DNA from: an uncultured Nitrosopumilaceae archaeon
Lineage (GTDB): Archaea > Thermoproteota > Nitrososphaeria > Nitrososphaerales > Nitrosopumilaceae
Assembly (NCBI GenBank): GCA_963825095.1
Contig: CAWGRV010000008.1
Span: forward strand, 1 to 62,355
Reading direction: 5' to 3'
DNA length: 62,355 nt
A program made the translations under genes and the position numbers. Below, piece after piece: positions 40,090 through 52,439 of the stretch. Position 1 is the first letter of the stretch, and each line of letters begins with the position of its first letter. The notes under the pieces were generated by a model. The model did no database searches. It had not been told where the DNA came from and saw only the letters and a program-made list of their open reading frames with translations.

Positions 40090-41595
40090 CAATGCTAGTA
40101 ACTTAAGTAAATTTATTCATATTTTTTTTGATAATTTTAACATTTTAATGGAAATGATTTCCTAAAATTTCATTTTTATAAATTTCAGAAAATTTCGCAC
40201 GAATTCTAAATTATTCATTTGGTCGGCTGTTGTACTTTCTTTCTGCAAAACATGAATACCTCCGGTAATCCGGCTGCCCATAAATTGATCATCTTATTAC
40301 ATTTTTATAAAAATGATAATGCATACCAATTTATGGGAAAATAAAGATTATTTTTTTTCCACAGTGCAATACATGCGACCCTTACTACCCCATTTTGACC
40401 CCTTTGGTTTTTTCCTAATTCTCTTATGATGTCTGTTTTTTTGTATCAATGTAACGGTATCTTCTATTATTGATAATATTCTTAGGATTTTATTTATTCC
40501 CGTTTTGCGAGTATTGCCATAAAATAATGCATATAAGAGCTTCTTTACAAATTTCAGACTATTCTTCCTGTTTATTTTATATTTATCGCAATTTATATTT
40601 TTCATAGCAATGTTTTCGAAAAAGCTATCAATAATAAAAATGAAATTATGTATAGCTATATCCTGTTTAACTTTTCCAATTTCTTTTGATTCAATATCTT
40701 TCAAAGATAAATCATATTTAGCGTGTCTAAAATTTGTTTCGATTTTCCATCGTTTCCAATATAAATCCATTAAAAAATTCATATCTTTATCTATCAATGT
40801 TGTTCCCAAAAAATAATCATTTCCATTAAGTTGGTATTTAATTAGTTTCAACTTTATTAATGTTCCATCTATATTAATGTTTATTATTTTCTCCGAACAG
40901 TTACCATTTAGATGTTTTTTTACAATTGTTAGCGTTGAAACTAATCGAAATACAACATTTATGCCCTTTCCAATAAGTGTTCTAAATAATTCCTTACTAA
41001 AATAACCTCTATCCATTAATAAAACATCGCCAGGTCGAATATATTTTAATTGTCTTTTCAATATGAATCTTTCATCGGAAGAATCACTAATGGTATAATT
41101 GATGACCATTTCTTTATCAACATCATATAAACAACTTAACAAAGCGGTACAGTAATTTTGATTTTTGTCCAATTTAAATCCATTTTCACTAAGGGTCGCA
41201 TTTAAGTTAATACCACTACCATCAACGGCAATATATCTTTTTTTATTATCTGCATATATAAAATCAAGAAGTGATTGATTAAATATTTCAAAATGGGAAT
41301 GATCAATATTAGATCGTTTATTAATAATGGCCGTTTTAGTTACATTCAAAACATTCTTATATTTTAAAGACGAATTAACGATATCATAACTTAATTTCTC
41401 ATTATTCTTACGGGAGAGAATATACACGATATCCTTAAAAGAAACCTTTCTCTTCCGTATCGAAGTGTAAAAATTCAAATCAGATAAAACTCGATTAATA
41501 TAAATTTTAAAATTTTTAATGATTTTTATAGGGTCCATTAAAAATAATATATATAAAAAAATTAAAATTATAAAAAACTTAAGTTACCAGCATTG
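40090..41595 (-). mobile_element. IS4-family insertion sequence, copy 2, with 9-bp target-site duplication AGCACCGCA
   Basis: TIRs at 40090-40107 and 41578-41595. The direct repeat agcaccgca lies at 40081-40089 and 41596-41604. It is inserted inside the collagen/beta-helix gene. Confidence 0.85.
40348..41538 (-). CDS. IS4-family DDE transposase (copy 2)
   Basis: 396 aa, differing from copy 1 at 3 residues (F33S, I-to-L, T-to-S); same YREK signature. Confidence 0.85.
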   Translation of the reverse strand: MDPIKIIKNFKIYINRVLSDLNFYTSIRKRKVSFKDIVYILSRKNNEKLSYDIVNSSLKYKNVLNVTKTAIINKRSNIDHSHFEIFNQSLLDFIYADNKKRYIAVDGSGINLNATLSENGFKLDKNQNYCTALLSCLYDVDKEMVINYTISDSSDERFILKRQLKYIRPGDVLLMDRGYFSKELFRTLIGKGINVVFRLVSTLTIVKKHLNGNCSEKIININIDGTLIKLKLIKYQLNGNDYFLGTTLIDKDMNFLMDLYWKRWKIETNFRHAKYDLSLKDIESKEIGKVKQDIAIHNFIFIIDSFFENIAMKNINCDKYKINRKNSLKFVKKLLYALFYGNTRKTGINKILRILSIIEDTVTLIQKNRHHKRIRKKPKGSKWGSKGRMYCTVEKK

Positions 41596-41893
41596 AGCAC
41601 CGCAAGCTTTTGGAAATATAACAGCAAATGGCGTAATTGGAGTTTTGACTTTCAACGGTCTAAATCAGGCAGCCGGGTCAACAACATCAGCCACTGTCAC
41701 AAATTCATTTGCTGATGCAAATAGTTTTATCTTTTTGACAATACAGAGTTACACAGGAACATATTTTATAAATGGTTATCCTAAGTTTGAAATAGGCGGT
41801 AAGAGTGCGGGCAGCTTTACACTTATCTTAAACAATACTGGAACAACAGCATTAAGCGGCACAGTTGAAGTCGCTTATCAATTATTGAATTAA
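41596..41893 (+). pseudogene. 3' part of the IS-disrupted collagen/beta-helix gene
   Basis: Reading in the 38051 frame, across one copy of the TSD, gives ...SPAP-QAFGNITANGVIGVLTFNGLNQAAGSTTSATV...AYQLLN* with no frameshift. The track ORF 41645..41893 begins at an in-frame TTG. Confidence 0.7.
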
Positions 41894-42258
41894 TTCTCGG
41901 TTCCGCATGATTGTGGAATATTTTGGAATTGAGAAGTCAAAAATAGCATTTTTCTTTTCTGCTTAAAAAATTGGCATACTTTTAGTCCTTTCTATTTTAT
42001 TTTTTTAATGCTCTATCACTTTTTTTAGAATGATAATGAAGTTTGACAATAATTTTACAACCTTTAAGGGTACTGATGAAAGGCTCCTGAGGGCCCAAAT
42101 TATAACCCTTAATTGGATATACATGTACGGTTACGCAAACCAATATTGAAAATATATAAAGGCAAATTTCAAAGACAAATCCGAAGAAAAAAATATTTAA
42201 TGCAGATGTGATTGAAATAAAAAATGATATGTTTGCCGGTTATATGAAAAATTAAGGT

Positions 42259-43599
42259 TTAAGACGGAGTATAGGAGAGACTCGCGCTAAATGAAAGTTG
42301 AGTAATATCAGCGGCAGCTGCATCCGACGACGCATTCGCAGGTCTTATTCTGATACCAATTCGATCTCCGACACTAACCACTAATGGTCCGACGCTGAAG
42401 TTAGTAGCAGCGTAAAAAGTACCGGCAACAATACCGGGACCAGCAAATGTGACTGAACAATTCAATGGGGTAGTAACATATGACGATGCGACATGATTCG
42501 TCCCATCATTCGGGCTGGATGGTGCGCGAAAAACGGTAAATATATACGTCAACGGATTTGTATTAATGAAAGCGACAGATGCAACAAGTAAATCTACGCT
42601 GACCTGAAGGTTCTGCACGGTACCATTGAACGGTATCGGAAACGCAAATCCGGCAGCTTGTGGCGGCATTGTCGATTCACCACTGCCATTAATAGTTTCG
42701 ACTGTATTATTACCAAAACCCATTAGAATTGGAGCGGCTTGAACAACTGTTGCCCCGCTAATAATAATTCCAGTTGAAAAAGGGATTATTCCTGCCGAGC
42801 CGGCGATCCCCTGCGGTCCCGTCGGGCCAATTAATCCCTGTAAGCCCTGTATTCCTTGAATGCCTTGTGGTCCGGCAATACCTTGCGGACCAGTTGGCCC
42901 AATAGGTCCTTGCGGACCAACTGGACCGGCAGGACCAACGGAACCTGTACCGCCTGTACCCCCACCCGCAGCACCAGTCGGACCCAGAGGGCCTGCAACG
43001 CCCTGAATACCCTGGATACCCTGAATGCCTTGAGTGCCGGTAGGACCAATGGGTCCCTGGAGACCGGTAACACCCTGCAAACCTTGAATTCCTTGGATGC
43101 CCTGTATCCCCGGTATTCCCGGTATTCCTATCGGACCGGTGGGACCGGTGATTCCGGAAGAACCCGCGCCAGTCGGGCCAGTTGGACCAGTTGGACCAGT
43201 CGGGCCAGTTGGGCCAGTTGGACCGATAAATCCATTCAAACCTTGTTTACCTCTTCTGCCTCTTTTTCCCCTACTACCCTTCTTGCCCCTTTCACCCCGG
43301 GTACATTTTTCAGAATGATGCTTTTTATGATGAACTTTTTTGCTACAAGATTCTTTTGAATGATGCTCCTTACCATGGGATCTTTTGCTGCTCGCTTTTT
43401 TAGAATGATGGTCCTTACTGTGAGATTTTGTGCTACAGGATTCTTTTGAATGATGCTGTTGCCTGTGAGATTTTTTCCGGTAGCTACTTTTTTTTTTTAA
43501 TCCATCACGATGCCCATATTTTTTGCCTAGGCGATCAATGGCCTTTAGCCCGAAAAACCGTTTCACTTGACGACGATCTTTGTCATTTCTTTTTTTCAT
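42259..43599 (-). CDS. collagen-like protein with His-rich N-terminal leader and C-terminal globular domain
   Basis: The leader has repeated HHSKESCS/KKxHH units. About 200 residues of G-x-y (GPTGPTG..., GIQGIQG...) follow. The C-terminal roughly 150-aa domain is possibly C1q/BclA-like, by inference only. Confidence 0.75.
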   Translation of the reverse strand: MKKRNDKDRRQVKRFFGLKAIDRLGKKYGHRDGLKKKSSYRKKSHRQQHHSKESCSTKSHSKDHHSKKASSKRSHGKEHHSKESCSKKVHHKKHHSEKCTRGERGKKGSRGKRGRRGKQGLNGFIGPTGPTGPTGPTGPTGPTGAGSSGITGPTGPIGIPGIPGIQGIQGIQGLQGVTGLQGPIGPTGTQGIQGIQGIQGVAGPLGPTGAAGGGTGGTGSVGPAGPVGPQGPIGPTGPQGIAGPQGIQGIQGLQGLIGPTGPQGIAGSAGIIPFSTGIIISGATVVQAAPILMGFGNNTVETINGSGESTMPPQAAGFAFPIPFNGTVQNLQVSVDLLVASVAFINTNPLTYIFTVFRAPSSPNDGTNHVASSYVTTPLNCSVTFAGPGIVAGTFYAATNFSVGPLVVSVGDRIGIRIRPANASSDAAAADITQLSFSASLSYTPS

Positions 43600-43812
43600 A
43601 GATATAATTTTAATAGAGAAATTAGAAAAATTATTACTATAGATAATTTGGTAAATATATCCCGTTTATGATATTTAGCCAAATTATTTGCTGTCGAAGA
43701 ACATTTTGAGGTTATTCATTCACGCTGTGTGTGATTACCAAAACGTCAAAAGACTTAGAATTTAATTCTTTTGATTGCTAAAAAAAACATAATTCAGACG
43801 GATATGTACAGA

Positions 43813-46311
<2,499 letters not shown>

Positions 46312-46638
46312 TTATGTGTTTTTTTATGACTCTTTGAGTGTCGGCGTTTTCCACTACCGAAAGATTTTATTTTGGACTTTTTATGTGACGTTTCTATTTT
46401 TTTCAGAAGTCTCTTTTTTTTAGCACTTTTTTTACCCATGATTGTATAACATTTCTTGCTATATTTTTTTGCCAACAGCAAGATATTATTTTACTTGTTA
46501 AATGATGATTATTGGTTATACCAACTGAAATAATATAATTTTCTAAAAATGACAAGATTTTATTTTTATTATTTGCTTAACCGGTAAATAATAAATTTAA
46601 TAATACAAAATAAATTTCTTGGTTGGTTATTTCACAAC

Positions 46639-47967
46639 TTAAAATTTATAGACGTAAGTTGTTCCATTATTAAAGGTGGTCGGGGTCGGAACATCAAAAT
46701 AGGGCAAATAGTAGGCAAAATTTGTATTTTCACCAATTACGAGTCTTCTTTCGGACGAAGATAAGGCAGCCCCGAAGAAATCCAGCTGATGGGGATTTGG
46801 ATTCAATAGCGTGGTTAGGTATGTCCATTGATTGTGGCAAAGTTTATAAATCTCGACGCTTCCAACGTGTTTCATTGTCCCATCCAATGAACTGTTATTA
46901 TTTGTAATGAAGATATATTCTTCGTGTAGAACCAAGTTCGTTCCAAATGCTCCTTGAAGAGCTGGAACTTGCGGATAAATCTTTGTAACAAATTGCCAAT
47001 TTCTGACACCATTATTCTCATAGGCACTGTAAATATATACTGCACCGGCCAAGAAAACGGCTTGTGGATTTGTACTGTCGAGCGGAGCGCCAATTATAGC
47101 CCAATCCTTATTGAATTCGATCCTGAATCCGAACAAATCACCAATACCCTCCGGGCTGGGCGGCGGAGGGCTATTTCCCCTTAATAATTCGACAAATTCC
47201 CATTGACCGCTATAATCATTTAATTTATAGAAATAGGCGTAACCATTATCTGGCGGGTTGGACCCAAATTGTGTGTAATTACCTTCGGCCGTGATGAAGG
47301 CATACTTACCGCGAACGAAGCAAGCACCACCAATTGCCTGATTGAAAATCGGACCAGTGGGACTCGTAATTTTTTGGGTTAATGTCCAAAGGCTACCTAT
47401 TAAGCGGAAGACGTAAACGTTCCCAGCCAAGGGAACCCCTTCTATTTGATTCTGAGGAGCCCCGATAAAGGCCCACTCATCATTGAAATCCATATATTGA
47501 CCACCAAATTCGATTCCATAAGTTACGCTGTCGTAAACATAAGTAGGGGGATCGTTGGGTAGCAAAGTTTGTTTTAAATTCCATTGTCCGTTGCAAAGAT
47601 AAAAGACTAAAACAGCACCACCAGGATGCGGGTCGGGGCCCGGACCTCCAGATACTTTAGAGCCAAAAGAGCACATCGCCCATTTGTCGTCGATTTTGAG
47701 CGAATTGAATGCCCCAGGGACATCGCTAGACAATAGCTCTGAAAAAGGAGCTTGTGATTCAATAAATTGATCATGATGCTCATTGTAAAAGATTAGAGCA
47801 CCGGCATTGGAGACTGAATCAACCGTGGCATTTTGGGCCGTAATGGCAAGATTATGCGAATCTACAGATACGGCTGCCCCAAAACCATCTCCCAAAGTGG
47901 TATCGCCAACAACACTTCCCGGTAAAGGTGAAGCCATCGTTTGAATTAGTGTAAATTGTTCAGACAT
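46639..47967 (-). CDS. FG-GAP repeat (integrin-alpha-like beta-propeller) protein
   Basis: Repeated FG-x(n)-D-x-IGAP-x(n)-G-x-VY motifs (FGGQYMDFNDEWAFIGAPQN...GNVYVF, FGFRIEFNKDWAIIGAPLDS...GAVYIYS). Paralog of 48162..49511. Confidence 0.6.
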   Translation of the reverse strand: MSEQFTLIQTMASPLPGSVVGDTTLGDGFGAAVSVDSHNLAITAQNATVDSVSNAGALIFYNEHHDQFIESQAPFSELLSSDVPGAFNSLKIDDKWAMCSFGSKVSGGPGPDPHPGGAVLVFYLCNGQWNLKQTLLPNDPPTYVYDSVTYGIEFGGQYMDFNDEWAFIGAPQNQIEGVPLAGNVYVFRLIGSLWTLTQKITSPTGPIFNQAIGGACFVRGKYAFITAEGNYTQFGSNPPDNGYAYFYKLNDYSGQWEFVELLRGNSPPPPSPEGIGDLFGFRIEFNKDWAIIGAPLDSTNPQAVFLAGAVYIYSAYENNGVRNWQFVTKIYPQVPALQGAFGTNLVLHEEYIFITNNNSSLDGTMKHVGSVEIYKLCHNQWTYLTTLLNPNPHQLDFFGAALSSSERRLVIGENTNFAYYLPYFDVPTPTTFNNGTTYVYKF

Positions 47968-48020
47968 TACTATAGTAGTAAATAAGATTTTTATTCAATT
48001 TGTGGATGTGAAATTTCAAT

Positions 48021-48146
48021 AATATTGCGTATTATCTCGCTTCGCTCGACTCATTACATTCGTTTTCTCGGAGAGCAAGTGAACAGAGTTCACTGAGCCT
48101 ACGGCTCAGCAAAAGCTTTGCTTTTGCGCAATGCTTAGCATTGCCG
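48021..48146. repeat. GC-rich palindromic repeat element (reverse orientation) between the FG-GAP paralogs
   Basis: Reverse complement of the 19822-19930 and 56700-56780 modules (gagtcgagcgaagcgagataatacgcaatatt; ctcagtgaactctgttcacttgctc; gctcagcaaaagctttgcttttgc). It ends with the mini-palindrome caatgcttagcattg at 48120-48134. Confidence 0.65.
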
Positions 48147-48161
48147 AACATGTTGACTTAT

Positions 48162-49511
48162 TTAATATTTGTAAACATAGGTGTTTCCATTATTAAAAGT
48201 AGTCGGTACGGGCACGTCAGTATACGGCAGATAATAAGAGAAATTGGGATTCTCACCAATTACAAGTCTATTCTGGGACGCAGATAAGTCTCCGCCGAAG
48301 AAATCTAATTGATGAGGATTAGGGTTTAATATGGTGGTAAGATAGGTCCATTGGCCATTGCAAAGCTTATAAACTTCAACGGATCCGACATGTTTCATGG
48401 TACCATCTGATGAACTGTTGTTATTTGTAATGAAGATATAGTCTTCGTATAGAACCAAATTTGTTCCAAATGCTCCTTGAACGGCTGGATTTTGAGGATA
48501 CAGCTTTGTGACAAATTGCCAATTAGTGACTCCTTTATTATTATACGCACTGTAAATATACACTGCACCGGCGATAAAAACACCTTGCGGGTTTGTATTG
48601 TCGAGTGGGGCTCCGATAACGGCCCAATTGTTATTAAATTCAATTCTGAATCCAAATAAATCACCAATGCCATTTGGGCTGGGCGGCAGAGGACTGTTTC
48701 CTCTCAATAGTTCGACGAATTCCCACTGATTTGTGTGTTGGTTTAATTGATAGAAGTAAGCATAACCGTTATCGGGAGGATTAGAACCGAATTGTGTATA
48801 GTTACCTTCCGCGGTAATAAAGGCATAATTACCATTTATATAAGAAGCCCCTCCGATAGATTGATTGAAAATCGGCCCAGTTGGACTTGTGATCTTTTGG
48901 GTTAATTGCCATTTTTCGTTCTCCAGATGAAAAACGGATACATTTCCAGCCAAGGGTACACCGTCTATCTGATTTTGTGGAGCGCCTATAAAAGCCCAAT
49001 CACCATCAAAATCCAAATATTGACCTCCGAATTCAATTCCGTAAGTGAAATTATTATAAACATAAGTGGGAGGATCACTTGGTAATAGAGTTTGAACCAA
49101 ATTCCACTGATTACCTTCGAGTTTAAAAACCAGTACGCAACCGCCCGGATGTGCAGCGGGGCCGGGACCTCCAGAGACTTTTGCACCAAATCCTCCCATC
49201 GCCAGACATCCTTGAATTTTAAGGGCGTTAAATGCGCCCGGGACATCGCTAGTAAGTAATTCTGAGAATGGCGGCTGAGACTGTGAAAACTGATTGTGCT
49301 TCTGAGTGTAGAAGAGTAAAGCCCCAGTATTGGAAATAGAATCAACAGTGGCATTCTGAGCAGAGACAACTAACTGATCACCGTCTATGGAGACAGCGGA
49401 GCCGAAACCGTCGCCCAAGGTTGTGGTACCCACAACGCTACCCGGCAAAGGAGAACTAAGAGTTTGAAGGAGTACGAATTGTTCAGACATTTCTATAATG
49501 TTAGGGAACAA
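48162..49511 (-). CDS. FG-GAP repeat (integrin-alpha-like beta-propeller) protein
   Basis: 449 aa, about 75% identical to 46639..47967. Confidence 0.6.
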   Translation of the reverse strand: MFPNIIEMSEQFVLLQTLSSPLPGSVVGTTTLGDGFGSAVSIDGDQLVVSAQNATVDSISNTGALLFYTQKHNQFSQSQPPFSELLTSDVPGAFNALKIQGCLAMGGFGAKVSGGPGPAAHPGGCVLVFKLEGNQWNLVQTLLPSDPPTYVYNNFTYGIEFGGQYLDFDGDWAFIGAPQNQIDGVPLAGNVSVFHLENEKWQLTQKITSPTGPIFNQSIGGASYINGNYAFITAEGNYTQFGSNPPDNGYAYFYQLNQHTNQWEFVELLRGNSPLPPSPNGIGDLFGFRIEFNNNWAVIGAPLDNTNPQGVFIAGAVYIYSAYNNKGVTNWQFVTKLYPQNPAVQGAFGTNLVLYEDYIFITNNNSSSDGTMKHVGSVEVYKLCNGQWTYLTTILNPNPHQLDFFGGDLSASQNRLVIGENPNFSYYLPYTDVPVPTTFNNGNTYVYKY

Positions 49512-49698
49512 AAATTTTTTTCAGTAGGGGGAGAAAATACGAAAAAAAAATTATGCAGGGAAATTTCATTCATTTTCTACCTCAAAACTTAGTCCAAAAA
49601 ATCCAATATATCTTAGGATTTTTCTATATCCAATACAAAAAATTGAATTTCAAAGTGCTTGAAAATAGAATGTTTAATCAAAGTTTAAATTCCATCTA

Positions 49699-50283
49699 GT
49701 GCTACCAATGTATCGTCTCTTTACGCTCGTTATTGCCGTTTGTCTGCTCGGAATGTGCTCCGCAACATGTTCCAGCGATAGTGTCTCCACCCTCAATGAA
49801 TTCTTTGAGGCAACAAGCACGACCAGCGGATTCGCGGTAGTGTCTTTGGCTTGGACGACTGCAGGAACCAAGGTCGGATCTGCTGTCTCGCCCGTCGGAT
49901 CCAGCGGTAATTACACTGGCCTTAAAGTTCAGACCTCTGGTTCAGGAAACTCCGCTGATGTTACCATTTCGTTCAGTTACACGTTGTCAGGTTTAGGCTG
50001 CAGATATGGCGGTCCATTTTACGGTCCTCCTGCCGTTGTCTGGTTCACTCAAAACGGAGTTAGACAATGGTCGAGCCATATCCAGCCGATCAGCCTGAGT
50101 CAGGAAACCAACCCCACCGCTTTCTCCGGAGGATGGACTGATATTACTCTCACTGCCAGCAGTGATGATACTTATGGTATTGAAGTTGTCGTCGCTACAG
50201 CCATAAATAGTAGCACTTGCACAATTGAAATCTCGGACGTCGATTCGTCTTCATTCCGTATTGGCAATCCCACGACATGTTAA
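49699..50283 (+). CDS. secreted protein encoded in a GC-rich island
   Basis: Signal peptide MLPMYRLFTLVIAVCLLGMCSA, a Ser/Thr/Gly-rich mature part and terminal cysteines. The ORF is about 50% GC, strikingly above the local background. Confidence 0.5.
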   Translation: MLPMYRLFTLVIAVCLLGMCSATCSSDSVSTLNEFFEATSTTSGFAVVSLAWTTAGTKVGSAVSPVGSSGNYTGLKVQTSGSGNSADVTISFSYTLSGLGCRYGGPFYGPPAVVWFTQNGVRQWSSHIQPISLSQETNPTAFSGGWTDITLTASSDDTYGIEVVVATAINSSTCTIEISDVDSSSFRIGNPTTC

Positions 50284-50343
50284 TTGAAATATAAGTTTTA
50301 TTTATTCACTTATTTGAAATAATATGAAATTAAAAAAAATCAA

Positions 50344-50489
50344 TTTTCAGATTATTATCGCAATCCTCAATCCTATTTTGAATCTTTCTCGTAAACTCGC
50401 AAGATTAAAAATTGAATTTTCAGATTATTATCTTAATCCTCAATCCTATTTTGAATCTTTCTCGTAAACTCGCAAGATTAAAAATTGAA
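50344..50489. repeat. 73-bp perfect-ish tandem duplication (2 units), each carrying AAAATTGA
   Basis: Units are 50344-50416 and 50417-50489: ttttcagattattatc[g/t][c/t]aatcctcaatcctattttgaatctttctcgtaaactcgcaagattaaaaattgaa. They lie immediately upstream of the small ORF 50538..50723. Confidence 0.8.
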
Positions 50490-51286
50490 ATGGAAAATTC
50501 TAATTTAGTTTATTTTATATTTTGAAAAAACTCAACAATGGAACAAATTATGCGGGAGAAACTGTGCATGTTATCAAAAATGAAGGCCGAAAGAACTTCT
50601 TATTTGAGGAGGTCTGATTTCGAAGATGCCAACAATAATGGTTGGATGGCAAGTCGCGCATTAAATAATGTTCATGAATCAAGCCAAAGTTATACAAACC
50701 TTACGAAGAAATTAAGGTTTTAGCAGAAAAAATGGATCCAGAAATTTTTAAGAAAATGGCGATCGAAACTTATTTTATGTACAAGAATTGAATCATGGCT
50801 CATCCACAATCACAATTTCCATGATTTATTTTTTTATTTTAGACGCACTAAAATAAAAAATCAAACCTGGATTTAGATGTGCCCTGAATCCCGTATGGAG
50901 TACCCCCCGAACAATCATAATCACCAAATGACGAAAAAATTGAAAATAAAAAAAATTTTTTATAATGTGTTAAGAATATACCGAAAGATGAATCTCTTGA
51001 AACCCAACCCATTACAAGGGAAAGAAGAATTTTTTGTGATATTTGTACCTGATGATAAAAAAAGATTCGGAAGATACAATATTTTACGGCAATTTTCAAA
51101 TAAAAAAGATGCAGCAAATTATAGTTACGCCATCAATATGGATAATATTGTCTATTTTCAAAATAATAATATAGAAATACCGAAAATAAGGGATTTAATT
51201 TCGAATGAAATGGTAATCGTATTTTCAATCAAGGGGAATAGCGAAATAAGCAGAAGAATCAGTTCTTTATAGAGAAAAATTTTATA

Positions 51287-51733
51287 TTAATGCACCACGC
51301 AACACAAATATAGTCTGAAAAACAAAAGCCAGCCAGCGCAAATTAAATATAGCAACCATCCGAAAATGAGATTGGCCAAAGTACAAAAATACAGGCTGGG
51401 ATCTTGAGTCTTACAAACTGGAGAATATCGGAATAAAGCGAATGATCCTATTATATTGAAAATGATTAAGAACACAAATCCAATTACAGTTCCCAATATC
51501 AGAACGTAAATGTGCTTGTAGTCCCGCCAAAACAGAATCAAAAGTAACTCAAAGATAATTAGAAAAATGATGTTAAATGTAGCATTAAGACATAACCAAC
51601 TCGACAGTGGAAGAAAACTCTGATCATCACAAGTGCTCTTTCTTTCAAGCCATCCTACGGTGATAGAAGCAATCGCACTCCCCACGACGCTTGCTATAAG
51701 AATCGAGAATAAAACGATATGTATTTTTCTCAT
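51287..51733 (-). CDS. hypothetical 4-TM membrane protein
   Basis: 148 aa with four long hydrophobic segments. Confidence 0.45.
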   Translation of the reverse strand: MRKIHIVLFSILIASVVGSAIASITVGWLERKSTCDDQSFLPLSSWLCLNATFNIIFLIIFELLLILFWRDYKHIYVLILGTVIGFVFLIIFNIIGSFALFRYSPVCKTQDPSLYFCTLANLIFGWLLYLICAGWLLFFRLYLCCVVH

Positions 51734-51887
51734 TCCGAAACGTGATCATGATAAAATAATTTAGAATGAATAGATATTTCAAACTTCAATTTTTTTTATT
51801 TGGCTTATTGAGACTCCAAAATGACGACCCAGAAATTTGAAATATTAACCTCATAAATTAAACCGACTCATTTATACTGTTCTAAAA

Positions 51888-52413
51888 ATGTCGCACGATC
51901 CAATTTGCCAAGATAATTTATGCATACTTGGAAAATATTTTGTAATAGAAATTGAATATTTGATTTTAGAATTTTTGGACCCCATCAAAGATTACAAAAA
52001 TTTAGTTTTGGTCAATAAATATTACAATGATTTAGTACAACAAGATCAAACTTTCATTCAAAAATTTTAAAAAAGCGAATTTTGCTTTGCCAAAATTTGT
52101 GGTAGAAAGTTGCTATCGAGTATTTAGTAACCGAGATCGAAACTTTATTGGTGTGTGTAGTCTTGGTCACTTTAATCTTGCAAAATATCTATACAAAAAA
52201 AATAAGCCAAAAATAGAAGGTTTCGTTTCATCTATTTTCTATGCCGCAGCATTAGAACATAAACCTGCGATGATGCTATGGTTATTAGAAATGCAAACTC
52301 TTTGTGAAATAATTGAAGTAACTAAATGCAGTGATAGAATGGAATATTTTTGGCGGAATAGAGAAGCAATTATTAAAAAAATCAAACGACAAACTGATGT
52401 CGAAAAAAATTGA
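51888..52413 (+). pseudogene. truncated, frameshifted F-box/ankyrin paralog
   Basis: ORF 51888..52070 (ILGKYFVIEIEYLILEFLDPIKDYKNLVLVNKYYNDL, F-box-like) and ORF 52087..52413 (VCSLGHFNLAKYLY..., ANK-like) are in different frames. Together they align with the N-terminal roughly 170 aa of 28597..29763. Confidence 0.4.
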
Positions 52414-52439
52414 TTTTTCTATTTTAAGATTTATTATTT

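Noticed and set aside
40090-40165. C-terminal 25 residues of track ORF 38051..40165 (HNASNLSKFIHIFFDNFNILMEMIS)
   Set aside because: This tail is translation of the IS left end, not native protein. The native C-terminus continues at 41596 after the insertion.
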